DNA of 58,335 nt, the filler included, from Sphacelaria rigidula (Eukaryota), in NCBI GenBank assembly GCA_964200075.2. It is 9 parts of 9 records of this genome, joined end to end, with 100 filler letters (N's around TTAATTAATTAA, not from the genome) between each part and the next. Parts side by side here need not be neighbours in the genome. Positions count along the whole stretch, not along the records: positions 19,482 to 25,874 come from CAXNAA020020346.1; positions 25,975 to 32,367 come from CAXNAA020020347.1; positions 32,468 to 38,859 come from CAXNAA020020348.1; 6 more parts are not named here. One strand, given 5' to 3'. The notes under the pieces are model-generated. The model ran no database searches. It had not been told where the DNA came from and was given only the letters and a program-made list of their open reading frames with translations. The position numbers were made by a program, and so were the translations under genes. Below are positions 22,966 to 35,225 of this stretch, in pieces (within the stretch, counting starts at the first letter, position 1; each line of letters begins with the position of its first letter).

Positions 22966-25369
22966 GTGTATTGATGACAACAGTACACGTACATGCGAGA
23001 ATTAGAAGAGAGGGTGTGTGTTTTCACGTTCCGTATCTCAATATGTTGATATAGAGGAAGGTAGGGCGCGGTAACAATCGCAGCGTTAGTGATGGCAGAT
23101 TTTGCAAACGACGACTGAATTTGAAGAAAAGCTCCCGTTTGCTTGTGTGCGTGTGTGTTCCAGCAGTCAGTTCAAGTTTTTAGTTCTATGATGAGGAGTT
23201 CACTCTTCTCATTACTATAGTCGTATTGCTCACGAGTAAGTAAAGCCGTTTCAGTAGTACCGTGCAGTTTTGTCTGTTCAATTTTTCGTCGAGTGTGTCG
23301 TGACTGTTTTTTTGTTGAATACACTGATATCAATGGTGAGTAATATTTGCTCAAGGGGGATACCAACGGCATCGTCGTTTGAGGCGGCGGCTGATATGCA
23401 TCGCTAGGACGCCCTACCCTGCACTCGTGCACTTGAGACGCCTGTTTGGGGAGCATGCCACTTTTTTGTGTCAAGGTTCGTGACAAGAGAACGCGTTGAT
23501 GGAACCGTATTCTGAACCCTTGTACTGTGAACCCCCCTTCAGATAGACTACGCCACATTTATGGTTGACGACAGCTGTTTTTTCGCTACATGAAACACCT
23601 TTTTTCATGGAAAACATGGATGTTGGGCATCTATATAGAAAATAATCTCGGAGAACCCCTGACGGCTGCTTACCCTGCAGTCGAGTGCTGTATGTCTTCG
23701 CTGGATACACCAAGAAATGGTGAGCGTGTCATCGCTCTCCACTGAACAAAGCCTACTGCATGCATTTGATGTCCCTGCTTAGTTTCCCACAACAATACAG
23801 GGTGAAGGTATGCTACCAACACAAGAGGGATTAGGCAGACGGCAACGACCACGAGCATAGTTGAAAACACCCTGGTTGTGCCCATAGAATCTACGGTTGA
23901 ATGGTACTTACCAAAATGGGGAATACGGCTGGACCACGAGGTAGTTCATCCGTCATCCATCTGTAGGGGAGCAAGAACCGCGATTCTGACCAATTATATC
24001 CCCTGACGAGGCTACTCCGCTCCTCCCAGGCCTCGCTCTTTACGTTGGACTTTCCGTTGGGAACCTCCGCGTAGGCATGATTGAAACAGCCCATTTCTCT
24101 AATCGAGTGTGGAGCCTTCATTTCAATTTCATTTCGTGAAATTGGATTCTGCTCCGGGCAAGAAATCGACTGACCGTTTTTTTGCGACTTTTTTTTGCTA
24201 TATTTTTCCACTCTCAAATAGGGATGTGCTCCGCTCCGTCCACTCCGGATATCCGCTCCGTTTGAAAACAATCCGCGGATTAATCCGTTTTTTATCCGGG
24301 TAACGTGACGTGGGAAATCCGAAATCCGGCCACTCCTGCAGCTCACAACCCGGATAGAGGCATCCCCAAAGCCCCACCGAGCCTCAACTCTCGTGGCCAC
24401 CATCCAGGATAGTCGTGTTTTAGGCGTTCCCGCCAGAGCCTAGTATAGGTATACCCCTAGCCAATATATATCCCCCTATACTACATGATTTTTCATATAC
24501 CTTGGTAATGTTTTTTCAGAGGGTATATGATATAAAATGATATTTTTCATGACTTTATACTCTATATCACATACACTATAAATAGAGAGATTTGTCAGCA
24601 AAAAGTGACCAGAAGTGCACATGATATGTTGTACATGTGATATATATATATATGTATACCTGCGTCGGCTGATATAGGCCCATAAAAGGTTATGCATATG
24701 CGTATATCAGGTGATATTGAAGGGTTTATTGCCCTTATCAGGTGATCTACCGCGGAATATATGACTGCATTATTACGTGATACAGGTCAGATATCGGCTT
24801 GTATCGGTGCAATGCGCAATCAAACAAAATAAATGGAAATTAAATTAAATGATACATAGGAAGTAATTAATTATTTAATGATTACATGAATATTAAGGTG
24901 GGGTTGGGGTTTGGATTATTGTTTTTTTAACGAGGGGAAGACAATAATATAATATAATCAATTAACTAATTGAACATACATACTATAATATATTATAGTT
25001 GATTAACTAATGTTTGCTTGAGGATGGAATGGGAATGTTTGTTGGAATCGGAACTGACTTTCATGTTTCGGACAAGGGGCGAACAATATATGCCGTACAG
25101 TGCGCGATATCTTTGACGCCTCCCTTTTGCCTACACAAAGGGAACCCGAGATATGTCAGACCTTTTTCACCGAGGTGAAGTTTTGACGCGATGAGCGACG
25201 CCCAGGCACAATCACCCTCGGCAGTTTTATTGCAAAATAATTGGCGCAATAACGGTAGAGAATATTGGATCAGGATCGGCACGTGCTTCTTCTCGTAACG
25301 AGTGGGGGGTGGGAGGTAGCTAGCGGGTGGCGTGAAATTCATGTTTCATCCCGTGTGTACTTTTTTTGT

Positions 25370-25553
25370 CTGTCACTGGCGTGTGCTTACAGCTATACGC
25401 CGATATCCTACTCAGGGATATCAAGGGCCTCTACTATAGAAAGCATATTGGGCCTCGTGGAGGGGCATTTCGGAACTGTAATGATTCATTCACTAATTGA
25501 CAGCTTTTCACTCTCAAGCGTATCCTCTACTCTTGATCTCACGAAAACATTGT
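25370..25553 (+). mobile_element. Partial copy of the MITE at 33648-33943
   Basis: Strong similarity to 33760-33943. Confidence 0.7.
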
Positions 25554-25874
25554 AATCAGCCGTGGGAAAGGCGTTCATTCTTGCACATCGCGGGTACAAT
25601 GCGTGGGTAACGACGACAACCCTCCTCATTTCAAACTTCATTTTATTTGTGCATCTGGCTCATGATACCTGACCCAAGGCTCCACTGCCCCTTTTAGGAA
25701 TGCGCAGCATGCATGTTGGAAGATTTGAGGAGTGTTTATCGCTCGTTTTCATCGAAATCCGTGTGCAAATCGGAAACAACAACAAATTGTGCGAATTAAG
25801 GTTTAACTCCGAGATGAGGTACAAGCCTCAAACTGCTTTCCCCACTCTTTCAGCGATGATGCCCAATGACGTTT

Positions 25875-25974
25875 NNNNNNNNNNNNNNNNNNNNNNNNNN
25901 NNNNNNNNNNNNNNNNNNTTAATTAATTAANNNNNNNNNNNNNNNNNNNNNNNNNNNNNNNNNNNNNNNNNNNN
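25875..25974. other. Artificial contig linker
   Basis: Same 100-bp pattern. Confidence 0.97.
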
Positions 25975-26272
25975 CTACCCCAGTTGTTCCTCGCCGGGGC
26001 AATGGGACACGGGACGGCGCGGGGGGTGGGGGGGGGGGGGGGGGGGGGACCGTTTCTGATCGTTTTAAACAGCCCCGAAGCAACGGTCAATATTCGATTG
26101 CAAGAGTAATTACCACTGACATACTCTGTCAACACTGGGAGTGTTTTTCCTTGCGTGCATCCACCTCGTGACAACATACAGCCTCAGATTTCTCCGTCCC
26201 CTGCGCTCGCTGGACCATGTTTTCATCTCGCGAACAAATCAAAACGCCGGCCACTCTACTGTATCTGCGTAG

Positions 26273-26402
26273 TTACCTCGCCAGGGAGGGCGCAGCTCTG
26301 ATTCGAAAGGCCGTCTTCGTGTCCGGACGAGACAAAGTTTCGGTGAATGCTTTGAGGAACGTCCTACGAGCGAGCGAGAATCCCGTCGTGAAACCCGAAG
26401 AG
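26273..26402 (+). CDS. Pyruvyltransferase-TPT fusion gene, exon a (5' part lies off-contig)
   Basis: YLAREGAALIRKAVFVSGRDKVSVNAL matches the S.RD..S motif of polysaccharide pyruvyltransferases; gtaag donor. Confidence 0.75.
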
Positions 26403-26977
26403 GTAAGATGTCTGGATAGCGGAGATAGGGGAGGGGGCGGTGCCTGTTCAAAGCAAAGGGAGCAGGATATTCTGAAAAATTGGAATGGACGTTTCTCATG
26501 AGAACGAAAGTTTTTCGGTGGTGTTTGGAATAGTGAAAAATGGTATACTCTACCCCAAGACCGCACCTTCGATCGAATTATTCGATGGTTTTCAGATTTG
26601 TGGGGAGTGGTCCCCTTTGCAGGCACCTTCGAGGGCAATGGAGATTCAAAAAACCTTTCGGGGGGACTCCAGCTCTCTCGAAGGTCCCTTTGAGCGGCAT
26701 CAATTCCCACAATTCCGAATGTCATCGAAAACTGTTTGTTCTCATGAAAAAATCTCATACCCACTTTGCACAATCCCCTGTTGGGGGATGAGGGTTACAT
26801 GCACAGGCAGCATTTCTCCCGATTTCGAAATGTGTTGTTCGACACGCGGTAACTACAAATATGAGCCCGATTCATTCCAAACCTGCGATACATGGTCGAA
26901 GAGGCGGTGGTCTCTCTTGCAGTTCTCGTGGTGTTTTTTGCTGTTGACTTCATGACCCCGTGCGCGGGATTACGTAG

Positions 26978-27056
26978 GTACAACTTGTGAGAGATCCTGT
27001 GCTGAGCGATAGGACGCTCTCGGACCTGGACGGCAAGTGCTGGAAACAAAGCGAAA
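26978..27056 (+). CDS. Fusion gene exon b (VQLVRDPVLSDRTLSDLDGKCWKQSE)
   Basis: tag/gt boundaries; phase 0 in, phase 1 out; carries the DP motif expected after RD..S. Confidence 0.7.
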
Positions 27057-27803
27057 GTGGGTTCACGAGTGAGACGAGCAGTGATGGGATCCACCGGTTC
27101 CGCGTAAAAATTCACTGAACCATGATTGCCAAGAAAAACGTTTTCACGAATGTCGACGTGTGCTTGACAAAAAATGCAACATATGTGAGAAACCGAGAGA
27201 GAGCGAGCCCCGAGGAGGAGGGGAGGGGGAAGAGGTAGGGGAGAGCAGTATCGCAAAAACGAACCGCCGTTGGTCGCGGAAAGTTGAAACCCTGCGCTTT
27301 GCACTTTGTTCAGCAGAGGATACTACGCGTTTCTCCGGCACATCCTCGATTTTGTGCCAAGTTTACACCACCGAACGGCCCTCTTGCAACAAATGTCTGC
27401 CTTAAACACCCTTGTGCGGTGCTGCGCCATAGAGGGAAGCGTGTAGTCCTGACTCCGTCTACTCCATTCCGAATTCGCGGAATTCTAGAGGAGTGACCGC
27501 CACGTACACAGCTGTTGCACTTGCAACATCGATAAGCGCATGTGAAAGGTTTTCGAGGAATCTCCCAGTGCTCGACGCGTTCAAGTCACATCAGCCGTGG
27601 CACGAATTGGTCCGACCAAGCGGGAAGTACACTCAACCACAAGACGCACTTGGGTATTCTTCACGCTCCATTCAAATATGCTACTTCTTTCCCCATCTCA
27701 CCGACAGTGACGGCTGATTTTTCATAGTTCTTCTTCCATCAATGTGTAACACACCTTTTGCCGTGCTCGCGTCCGAAACGGCCCCTCATAAAACAATCAA
27801 CAG

Positions 27804-28204
27804 GTCAGCTGTCTCCTCTGTGTTTTGTACTACCAGCCTCAAATTCGGCTGCGCTGGTCAGCCTACACGACAATCTGGTGACCAATATTGTGCGGAAGGG
27901 TGACGTGTTCTTCAACGTCTTCCCGAAGCACCAGGAAGAAATTGAGGCGCACAACTACCCGGAAGAAGTCAGGGCTATGCTGAACCCAAGAGACTTTCGA
28001 AAGACCCTCTGTCAGTGCCGAGCCATCGTCTCGAGTAGAATGCATGGAGTGGTGTTGGGATTACATATGGGAGTCCCAACCTTAGGCGCATGGTCAAAGC
28101 CTGGTTCGAACAAGACTCCGGATCTACTGAAAGAAGTGATGTTGCTTCCGGACCAATTTATTTGCATTGACGGAAACACAACTCGGTCAAGTCTCGACGC
28201 CCAG
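27804..28204 (+). CDS. Fusion gene exon c, pyruvyltransferase C-terminal motif
   Basis: AIVSSRMHGVVLGLHMGVP = R.H..GVP signature; cag/gtgag boundaries; phases compatible. Confidence 0.8.
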
Positions 28205-28804
28205 GTGAGGAACTCGCACGACTGGCAAATATATGGAATTCGCGGTGACACGCTTTATTGGCTCCTCGAGAAGGAAAACGTTATTATCACCGCTAGATGC
28301 ATGTCCCGCAGTAAGATAGGGTGTGTTTCGACAGAGGCACCATCCCCTTTCCTCACCCGAGTTTATCTTGTGGCTGGTGTGCTACATGTTTGCTGCGAGC
28401 AACTCTCGACTCTGCCGTGCAATAAATTCCCAACAACGAACGGCAAAGACCGCCGTATCTAGCCAAAATATCCCGCGCCGGCCACCCTGCGAGTCCATCG
28501 GTCGTCCGTTCACCGCGAGGTATGGTCATCGACCAATACAAGCAACTTAGCTTAGTTGGCATATACACATAGACACGCGGTCGACAAGAAATATATTAAT
28601 GTATGGTCATCTCACCCGACGTTCTTCCACGAAATCTGACCTAGTTATAGCAAGTGGATGTTACCTACGAAGCACCTGACCATCCTCCTGCTGCATACGG
28701 TCAACTCTTGTTGCCGACTGTGAAAGATGTGTTGGACAGTGTAAGCACAGGTCAATAATACGCGGTGGCCAGTCTCGCCGGATGGTCATCCGTGAAATCA
28801 AAGT

Positions 28805-28943
28805 TTGTGTACCCACGACAATGTCGCTCCCCACTGCTGGGCATGGTGTGAGACAAAACCCTAGATCGTACGGCTTCACCGAGATTCGAACCCTCGTCTC
28901 AACCGTCAAAACAATTCGAGGGTAGCAACTGAGCCACCGGGGC
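28805..28943 (-). mobile_element. tRNA-derived SINE in intron
   Basis: Minus strand gccccggtggctcagttg (A box) and ggttcgaatc (B box), followed by a non-tRNA tail. Confidence 0.7.
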
Positions 28944-29163
28944 AACCGGCCTCGTGCACTACAACTTTGTCGGCTATGAAACTCAGTGCTGGGAAACCCA
29001 GCTGAAGTCAAGTTCCATGTATGTATGCTCACGTCCATTCCAAGGCAATCACGACGAGCGGTTCCGAGACACCTCAAACTAAATTACTGGGCACTCTCGT
29101 GTTGTATGACACATATTCATACCATTGCCCGAAATTCCAATTCTTGTATTTGCATGATCGCAG

Positions 29164-30993
29164 GTAGAAACGGTGGAAATCGTATACTCCAGCGGAAATC
29201 GCCGGGCCCATATCCACGCATTTCTGGCCACGCTATTTCATGACTTCGAGGCGCAGGCAAGACACGTCATGAAGCTTTTGGCACCATCCTTGGCCCTCGA
29301 ACCTCATTCCGGAAATACCTCCAATATTGTCAAGCAAAATCTTAACACTGTCAAGCAAAAGTTGAACAGTTCAAGTATTTCAAACATCATGGATACGTTG
29401 AGAACGAAGAACGAGTCCAACGAAGCACTCGGCGGTGCCATATCCAAGCCGACCGCCGGCAAAACAAACGCAGGACAAGAGGTAGCTTCAAGGGCTCCTG
29501 ACGAAGAGGCAGAAGAACAGATCGGGCAGCCGGCGAAGGCACCGGCATGGGCCACAGGTTCGATGGCACATGACCTCCCCGTCGGATCTACTCTAGCGAC
29601 TGCTCTACAGCGCAACTCCCAGAGTCCGAAACCTTTATCGCAGAGGCTGCCGCGAGTCGACAACACCCCAAGTAACAGTGATCATTTAAGTAACAGTGAT
29701 CATTTTGCCATCTTGAGAAATTACGGGGTCACGGCTTTGCTGCTAGGATATATTGTGGCGTTGTCGCGCCGTCGCCACGTATACTCCAGCACAAGGAACG
29801 CATCTTATGCAAAAAAAGAAATACTGGTGATGGCAGATGACACGGATGGTGCCGACATCACCGCAAACACTGAGGAACCCATTCAGCGTCCGGTTTCGTC
29901 AGCCTTGTCCGTCGTTGCTCCCACCTCAGGGACCACCGCTCCCAATTCACCACTCACCCCGCAGCGGGCAGATCCTAAGCCCGGGGGGGCTCCGGCTACA
30001 GATTTCGTTGCTTGGATTTTAACCGCAATAGGTTTCAGCGCCTACGGAAAATCGTATCTACGCGATACCCGAGACCCCTTGGGACTTCTAGCCCTGCAAG
30101 GTCTGACAGGCGTGGTCGTGTTGATTGGGTTGGAAAGGTGTGGGATGTTGGATTTGAAGCCAGGACATGAGTTGTTCACGGCCGTGCGCGGGCGGGCGAG
30201 GTGGGCGCCGACGTTGCGTGCTAGCCAGGCTCTGCTAACCAATGTCGCCGTGCTCTGTGGAGGGGTCGCCGCGACAAACGCCCTGAAAGCTATGGAGCCT
30301 GTAGCAGCCGCGATCCTGTCATATTTCTTGCTGGGAAAGAGAGTAGACCGCATCCGGTTCGTTGCGATCTTCACGATAATCCTCGGTATCGTTGTGCTCA
30401 CCTCCAAGAGTGGTTGGGACACGGAAGGAGGCGGAAGTAATGTGGGTGCCAGCATGGACACCAGCTCTGGGAATAGAGGTGGCGAAGGCTTGGATGTTTT
30501 CACGTCTGCCTTGGTGACCTTTGCTGCTGTCTGCTGCAACGCGCTTCGTAACGTGGTGTTGAAACAGGAAGGTCCAACTTCTCCCTATGCGACTCTGTTC
30601 GTGTGCAGTGTGGCGGCATCGATTGTCGGTGCCGGTTTGCTTGTCTCCCGGCTTTTGCTGGGGGACCCAACAATACCACATCATGTTGCGGAGCTATCGT
30701 CATCACCGGACTCGGGCGGTTCTAGTCATTGGCTTCAATTGCCTGGGATCAACGCCGCACTGTGCTTTGTGGGCCACGGCTTCGCGTCATTTAATCTTCT
30801 AGCGGTCCTCAGTCCAGCGGGCCATGCCGTGGGGAATTCGTGCGAGCGAATACTGGTATTTGCGAGCGGATTGGTGGTGCTAGGGGAGGTCATGTCCTGG
30901 AGGCAGTTAGTTGGCGCATCGGTGGCTCTGTGTGGTTTTGTAGGATATAACACAGCCGGATTGTGGCAGGAGGCCTTCTTAATCAAGTCATGA
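29164..30993 (+). CDS. Fusion gene terminal exon: linker, one TM helix and a TPT-family (triose-phosphate/PEP or nucleotide-sugar transporter) domain
   Basis: 609 codons plus stop; ALKAMEP, NALRNV, LSPAGHAVGNSCERIL and GASVALCG are TPT-type motifs; many hydrophobic segments; cag acceptor in phase with exon c. Confidence 0.88.
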   Translation, partial: VETVEIVYSSGNRRAHIHAFLATLFHDFEAQARHVMKLLAPSLALEPHSGNTSNIVKQNLNTVKQKLNSSSISNIMDTLRTKNESNEALGGAISKPTAGKTNAGQEVASRAPDEEAEEQIGQPAKAPAWATGSMAHDLPVGSTLATALQRNSQSPKPLSQRLPRVDNTPSNSDHLSNSDHFAILRNYGVTALLLGYIVALSRRRHVYSSTRNASYAKKEILVMADDTDGADITANTEEPIQRPVSSALSVVAPTSGTTAPNSPLTPQRADPKPGGAPATDFVAWILTAIGFSAYGKSYLRDTRDPLGLLALQGLTGVVVLIGLERCGMLDLKPGHELFTAVRGRARWAPTLRASQALLTNVAVLCGGVAATNALKAMEPVAAAILSYFLLGKRVDRIRFVAIFTIILGIVVLTSKSGWDTEGGGSNVGASMDTSSGNRGGEGLDVFTSALVTFAAVCCNALRNVVLKQEGPTSPYATLFVCSVAASIVGAGLLVSRLLLGDPTIPHHVAELSSSPDSGGSSHWLQLPGINAALCFVGHGFASFNLLAVLSPAGHAVGNSCERILVFASGLVVLGEVMSWRQLVGASVALCGFVGYNTAGLWQEAFLIKS

Positions 30994-32110
30994 TCGGTTG
31001 CGGCCTACGAATATGGTAGAGGCAAAAGGGAAAGCTGTGGTATATATTCTCTGCTTGTTGAGGTGTAGACTTACCGGGGGAGGGGAAAGTGGCAAGCATG
31101 ACTGCGGGGGTCATAAAAATGAATTTGTGCAGTCGTCGGAAGACACCACGCCCCCAAACAGGCGCCCGACGATTCTGAAGTGGCTCGTGCCAATCCGGAC
31201 AAGGAATCTAGGTAGTCAGTCTGCTAGGTCCTGAGTATTGGTCATAGATTGTTGTCACCAAGGCAAAACGTGCGTTTAAGCACGGGGAGTCGGGGTGGCT
31301 CTCAGGGTCCGTAGACCGTAATACTGGCATTGTTACTATTCGCCACGTCGAAACTATGCTAAGATGTTATGAAGAAACAAAGTAGGCCTAGTGAATGATG
31401 CCTGGGCGCTGCCTGGGCTATGAGAAATCCGCACTGTGCTTGGAAACAACTTTGACAATATATTTTCCCCCCGAAAGTAATATATGGTGACCTGGGCCTT
31501 ATCTGAGTTGTGATAAATCTACGTTTGGCTAGGGGATGACTATGAGACATCCGCAGTTGACTTAGAAATAACTGAAGAATTGCTGTTTGCCCAAACATGT
31601 CAGCTGAGACCGGCAGCGTATGACCCCTGGGAGAAGAGTCGTAACGCCCCTCAGCTTGTATGCCAGAAAAAGGAGGAAGGTATTCATCCCAAAACGTCTT
31701 GTGGTAACCCGTGTTGTCCAAGAGAATGTTCGATGATTCGCGGGCAGTCGGCTAGCGGTTTCCATGTGATTGCAGCGATCCACAACTACGCAGAAAACCA
31801 CAGTGTATAGCTCAGATGTCAACATTCAGGGAGAAGGGTGGTCGTACGTTCTATCTTACGGTTGTTGCTGGACGTCATCGGCGGAAAGGTGGTGTTCCTG
31901 AAATGGTAGCTCCTCAAATCGACAAATGCGCGTACGGTGCCTCTTTATGTATGAGACAGTTTTCTTTCACAATGTAGCATGGGCGGAGGGGATCAGCATC
32001 TACAAGAGTAAATTACAGATTTGGGGTTGATTACAACACGCATCGTGAGTGCTGTACGTTGTAACATGAAATAGGAGGTCGCTGAGAAGCGGGTCGATGT
32101 TGTCGAACAT

Positions 32111-32160
32111 GGAGGAGGAGGAGGAGGAGGAGGAGGAGGAGGAGGAGGAGGAGGAGGAGA
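32111..32160. repeat. (GGA)n microsatellite
   Basis: Direct observation. Confidence 0.9.
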
Positions 32161-32367
32161 AGAGGGAAAAGGTTCCTTAGACAACGATGGGTATGATCTT
32201 CGGAACATGAACAGAAGGGTTGCCGGACAACAGTACGTTGTATGAAGGAACCAGACCCCTCGAAGTATCTAGCCGTGAGAGGAAGTGGAGGGGGAAGAGG
32301 GGGTGTAATCATCATCATACATGCCATAGTCATCAGACAATTGACCTCGCATCCCTACAAAGCCGGG

Positions 32368-32467
32368 NNNNNNNNNNNNNNNNNNNNNNNNNNNNNNNNN
32401 NNNNNNNNNNNTTAATTAATTAANNNNNNNNNNNNNNNNNNNNNNNNNNNNNNNNNNNNNNNNNNNN
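32368..32467. other. Artificial contig linker
   Basis: Same 100-bp pattern. Confidence 0.97.
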
Positions 32468-33647
32468 CGAGTACTAAGAGTATGACTCTTCAAAAATACT
32501 GAGTATTGAGTATACTCTACTCGACCTACCCTTGGAAGTGACTCTAAAATGAAGATATGCCGCACGCACCCGGGTTATGGTGATGTGTCGTTACACGGAA
32601 GCGTAAAGTTGTATCGCATAAATCATGTTTGTGTTATCGCCGTCGCCCTACATTCGCAAGGGCCCACAGCAAGCCGGCGCTGAGACGCGAGCCGTTTCCA
32701 GGCAAAGTCCCACTAGGTCATCGCGCACTAGTCCCAGCCACTGCCATGCCTGTTCTCAAGTATACGTAGAGGACTTGCTTCCTGATATGCCATAGACTGT
32801 AAGTTACAAACTGCTGTGCAGACAGGAGACACCGCCAACGTCAAGCAGCTGCACGCTGGGCCGGGGGGGGCATATCGGGAAATGACGGCACGACCCCCCA
32901 CAGATCGCCCCGAACCTCATTCTGGGGCCGTAATAGGGGAGGGGAGGCCCCGGGTACCCTATTTGAGGAGAGGGGGTACCTCCCTGATGGATGGATAATG
33001 GCGATAGTAGTTGCTGCGTGTGTGTGCATCGGTCTTGGAACACACATCCGTGTGTGTACTATATGTTGCTTGCTGCTGTGTTCGACACTGCGTACCAACC
33101 GCAGCGTGCCGCCTTCGGCGGTACTACCTGCTTACTGCACACCGCAGGACGTGACATCCTTGCTTATCCCTGTCCTGCATTGATTTCGCGCTGTCTTATG
33201 CAGTTCGCCACATCATGAACGCAGCCGCTTGTACCTGCCGCCAACGTGTGCGCGGGGTATCACCCCTCGCTACGCGCTATATCGCTGCGCCACATTTTGT
33301 AAAGCTGTCTGTGTTGCAGTTACAGCGTGCGCTTGCCCCAGGTGGTGCACGCAGGAGTGAAAGGCCGCCTCCGCCGCTGTAATGGCTGCCTACTGAAAAA
33401 AACTCCTGTGTTGGCCCTCCTCCATGTGACCCCGGCTGATGCGCCCACATGTACCGAAAGGTGGAGACCGGCGTCCGGAATAGATGGAACGACAACACAC
33501 ACAACACACTGAGCGCAGTACACTTTTAACATCGTGCTTGTACTGACTGTAGAAATCTTTGTCCAGGGCTGGGTATATTTCCACATATAATGCAGGGTCT
33601 GGTTCATTTTCACTTATGATGCAAGGCCTGGTACATTCCCACATGTA

Positions 33648-33943
33648 ACGACGTTTTCGTGAGATTGAGAGTTGAGCGCTGATTGAGAGTGGCTTTGATA
33701 ATTCGCTGTAACTTCGCCAATTTTTCTTCCCTTGTGCTTTTCTTTGCTTCCATCACTGACGTGTGCTTACAGCTACACGTCAATATCCTAGTCAGGGATA
33801 TCAAGGGCCTCAGTGGCAAGCTACTGCGGAAAGAATATTGGGCCTCGGGGAGGGGCACTCCGGAACTGAAACGATTCATTCACTAATTGACCGCTTTTCA
33901 CTCTCAACCGCATCCTCTACTCTCAATCTCACGAAAACACTGT
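33648..33943. mobile_element. TA-flanked MITE (296 bp)
   Basis: About 45-bp imperfect TIR ac..gttttcgtgagattgaga; TA on both flanks. Confidence 0.8.
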
Positions 33944-34844
33944 TATGTATGTAATGTCACTCTGTGAGATCGTGAAACAATCCGCAACATCTGGGCGAAG
34001 TGCAGGTGAGGTAATGGCCAAAACACTCACCTGCAAACTCTGCGCCAGTGGACTGTAAGTTGATATCGCTAGAACGACACTACCATAACCATGTTGCCGG
34101 TTGCCAGCCTGTCAGGATGTAGAGTCAGCTAGCATTACTACTGTTTGCACGGGGATGTTGCCCCCTTCTCGGGTACGTGGGGAAGGGTTTGTGGTGGAAT
34201 ACAGAGGTTGCGTCAAGCAGCTGCACGCTGGGTGTTCTCACGCAAGACTTCGATTTTGAGGATGATACTGGGTAGGCAGCAGCAACTGCTGTGTGTCCAG
34301 GTGCCCCTTGGAGCAAGATGCGTTTGGTTTTTGTTTGACGAAGTTTCCCCCCAAGAACGGAAACCAATAGGGGTTCTAGAGTCGAAAAATATAGCAAAAA
34401 ACGAGTCGCAAAAATATAGTCGCAAAATCGAGTCGCAAAATGTCGTATAGAGGAAGTCTAGCTAATGCAGTGGCTGGGGTCTATCAGTATGAGTGCCAGG
34501 AGATACCAAGGTGTCAGCTCACCAAGCTCCCACGTGGGCAAACTCACACAGACCTAGCTATCCTTCCTTGACTTATCACAATGTAGATTCATTCATGTTC
34601 AGACTCTTGATAAGGAGCTCACGTGTTTGCTTAGCATCATGTCTTATCTACAAGCAGCTCTCTTACTCAGAACAGCCGCAGGGCAGCCATAGAAGCAGAG
34701 CGTAGTGATGGCCCAGGGTAGACCACGGCAACGGCAGCAACTGATCAGATGGGGCGCCGCAATCCAGATGGGGCGCCGCAATCCTAAGTTACGACAGTAG
34801 CAAACGCGATAACAACGCGTCACGGAATTCAGGGTCTACGAGAA

Positions 34845-35225
34845 GACCCGCACAGAGTATATCTTGCAACGCCTCTGAGCTTCATCGCACGGTATAGGAT
34901 CGAATGGAAGGAAGTAACGAAAAAGCAGGCTGGGATGAGGTGAAATAGCGTAACCGAAAAAGTATGGAAGAATATAGGAGGAAACCAGGAAGAAACTTGG
35001 CCCATAGGTAATTGTGGAGAGTACAACACAAACGTGAACGAGAAGAGAGAATTGAAGGGGAAACAAGCGTTAAGACAAAAAGGGGGCAAGGAGGAGCATC
35101 TGAGGATATGCCGGGGGGGCGGGGTGGGGGACATGGGGATGAGCACATATCTTCATGCGTAGCCCAATGGACTACGCGAAAAAGCTAAAACTGCGGGTTC
35201 GGGTGGGAGACCTGGACCTGCTAGA
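34845..35225 (+). mobile_element. Internal fragment of the RTEX-like LINE
   Basis: SPMDYAKKLKLRVRVGDLDL; homologous to 36330-36750 (-). Confidence 0.7.

Noticed and set aside
23188..23327. C/D-box snoRNA (ATGATGA..CTGA)
   Set aside because: No terminal stem or recognisable guide; the motifs are expected by chance.
28870..28943. tRNA gene
   Set aside because: A and B boxes are present but there is no convincing cloverleaf, and it continues into a repeated tail; called a SINE.
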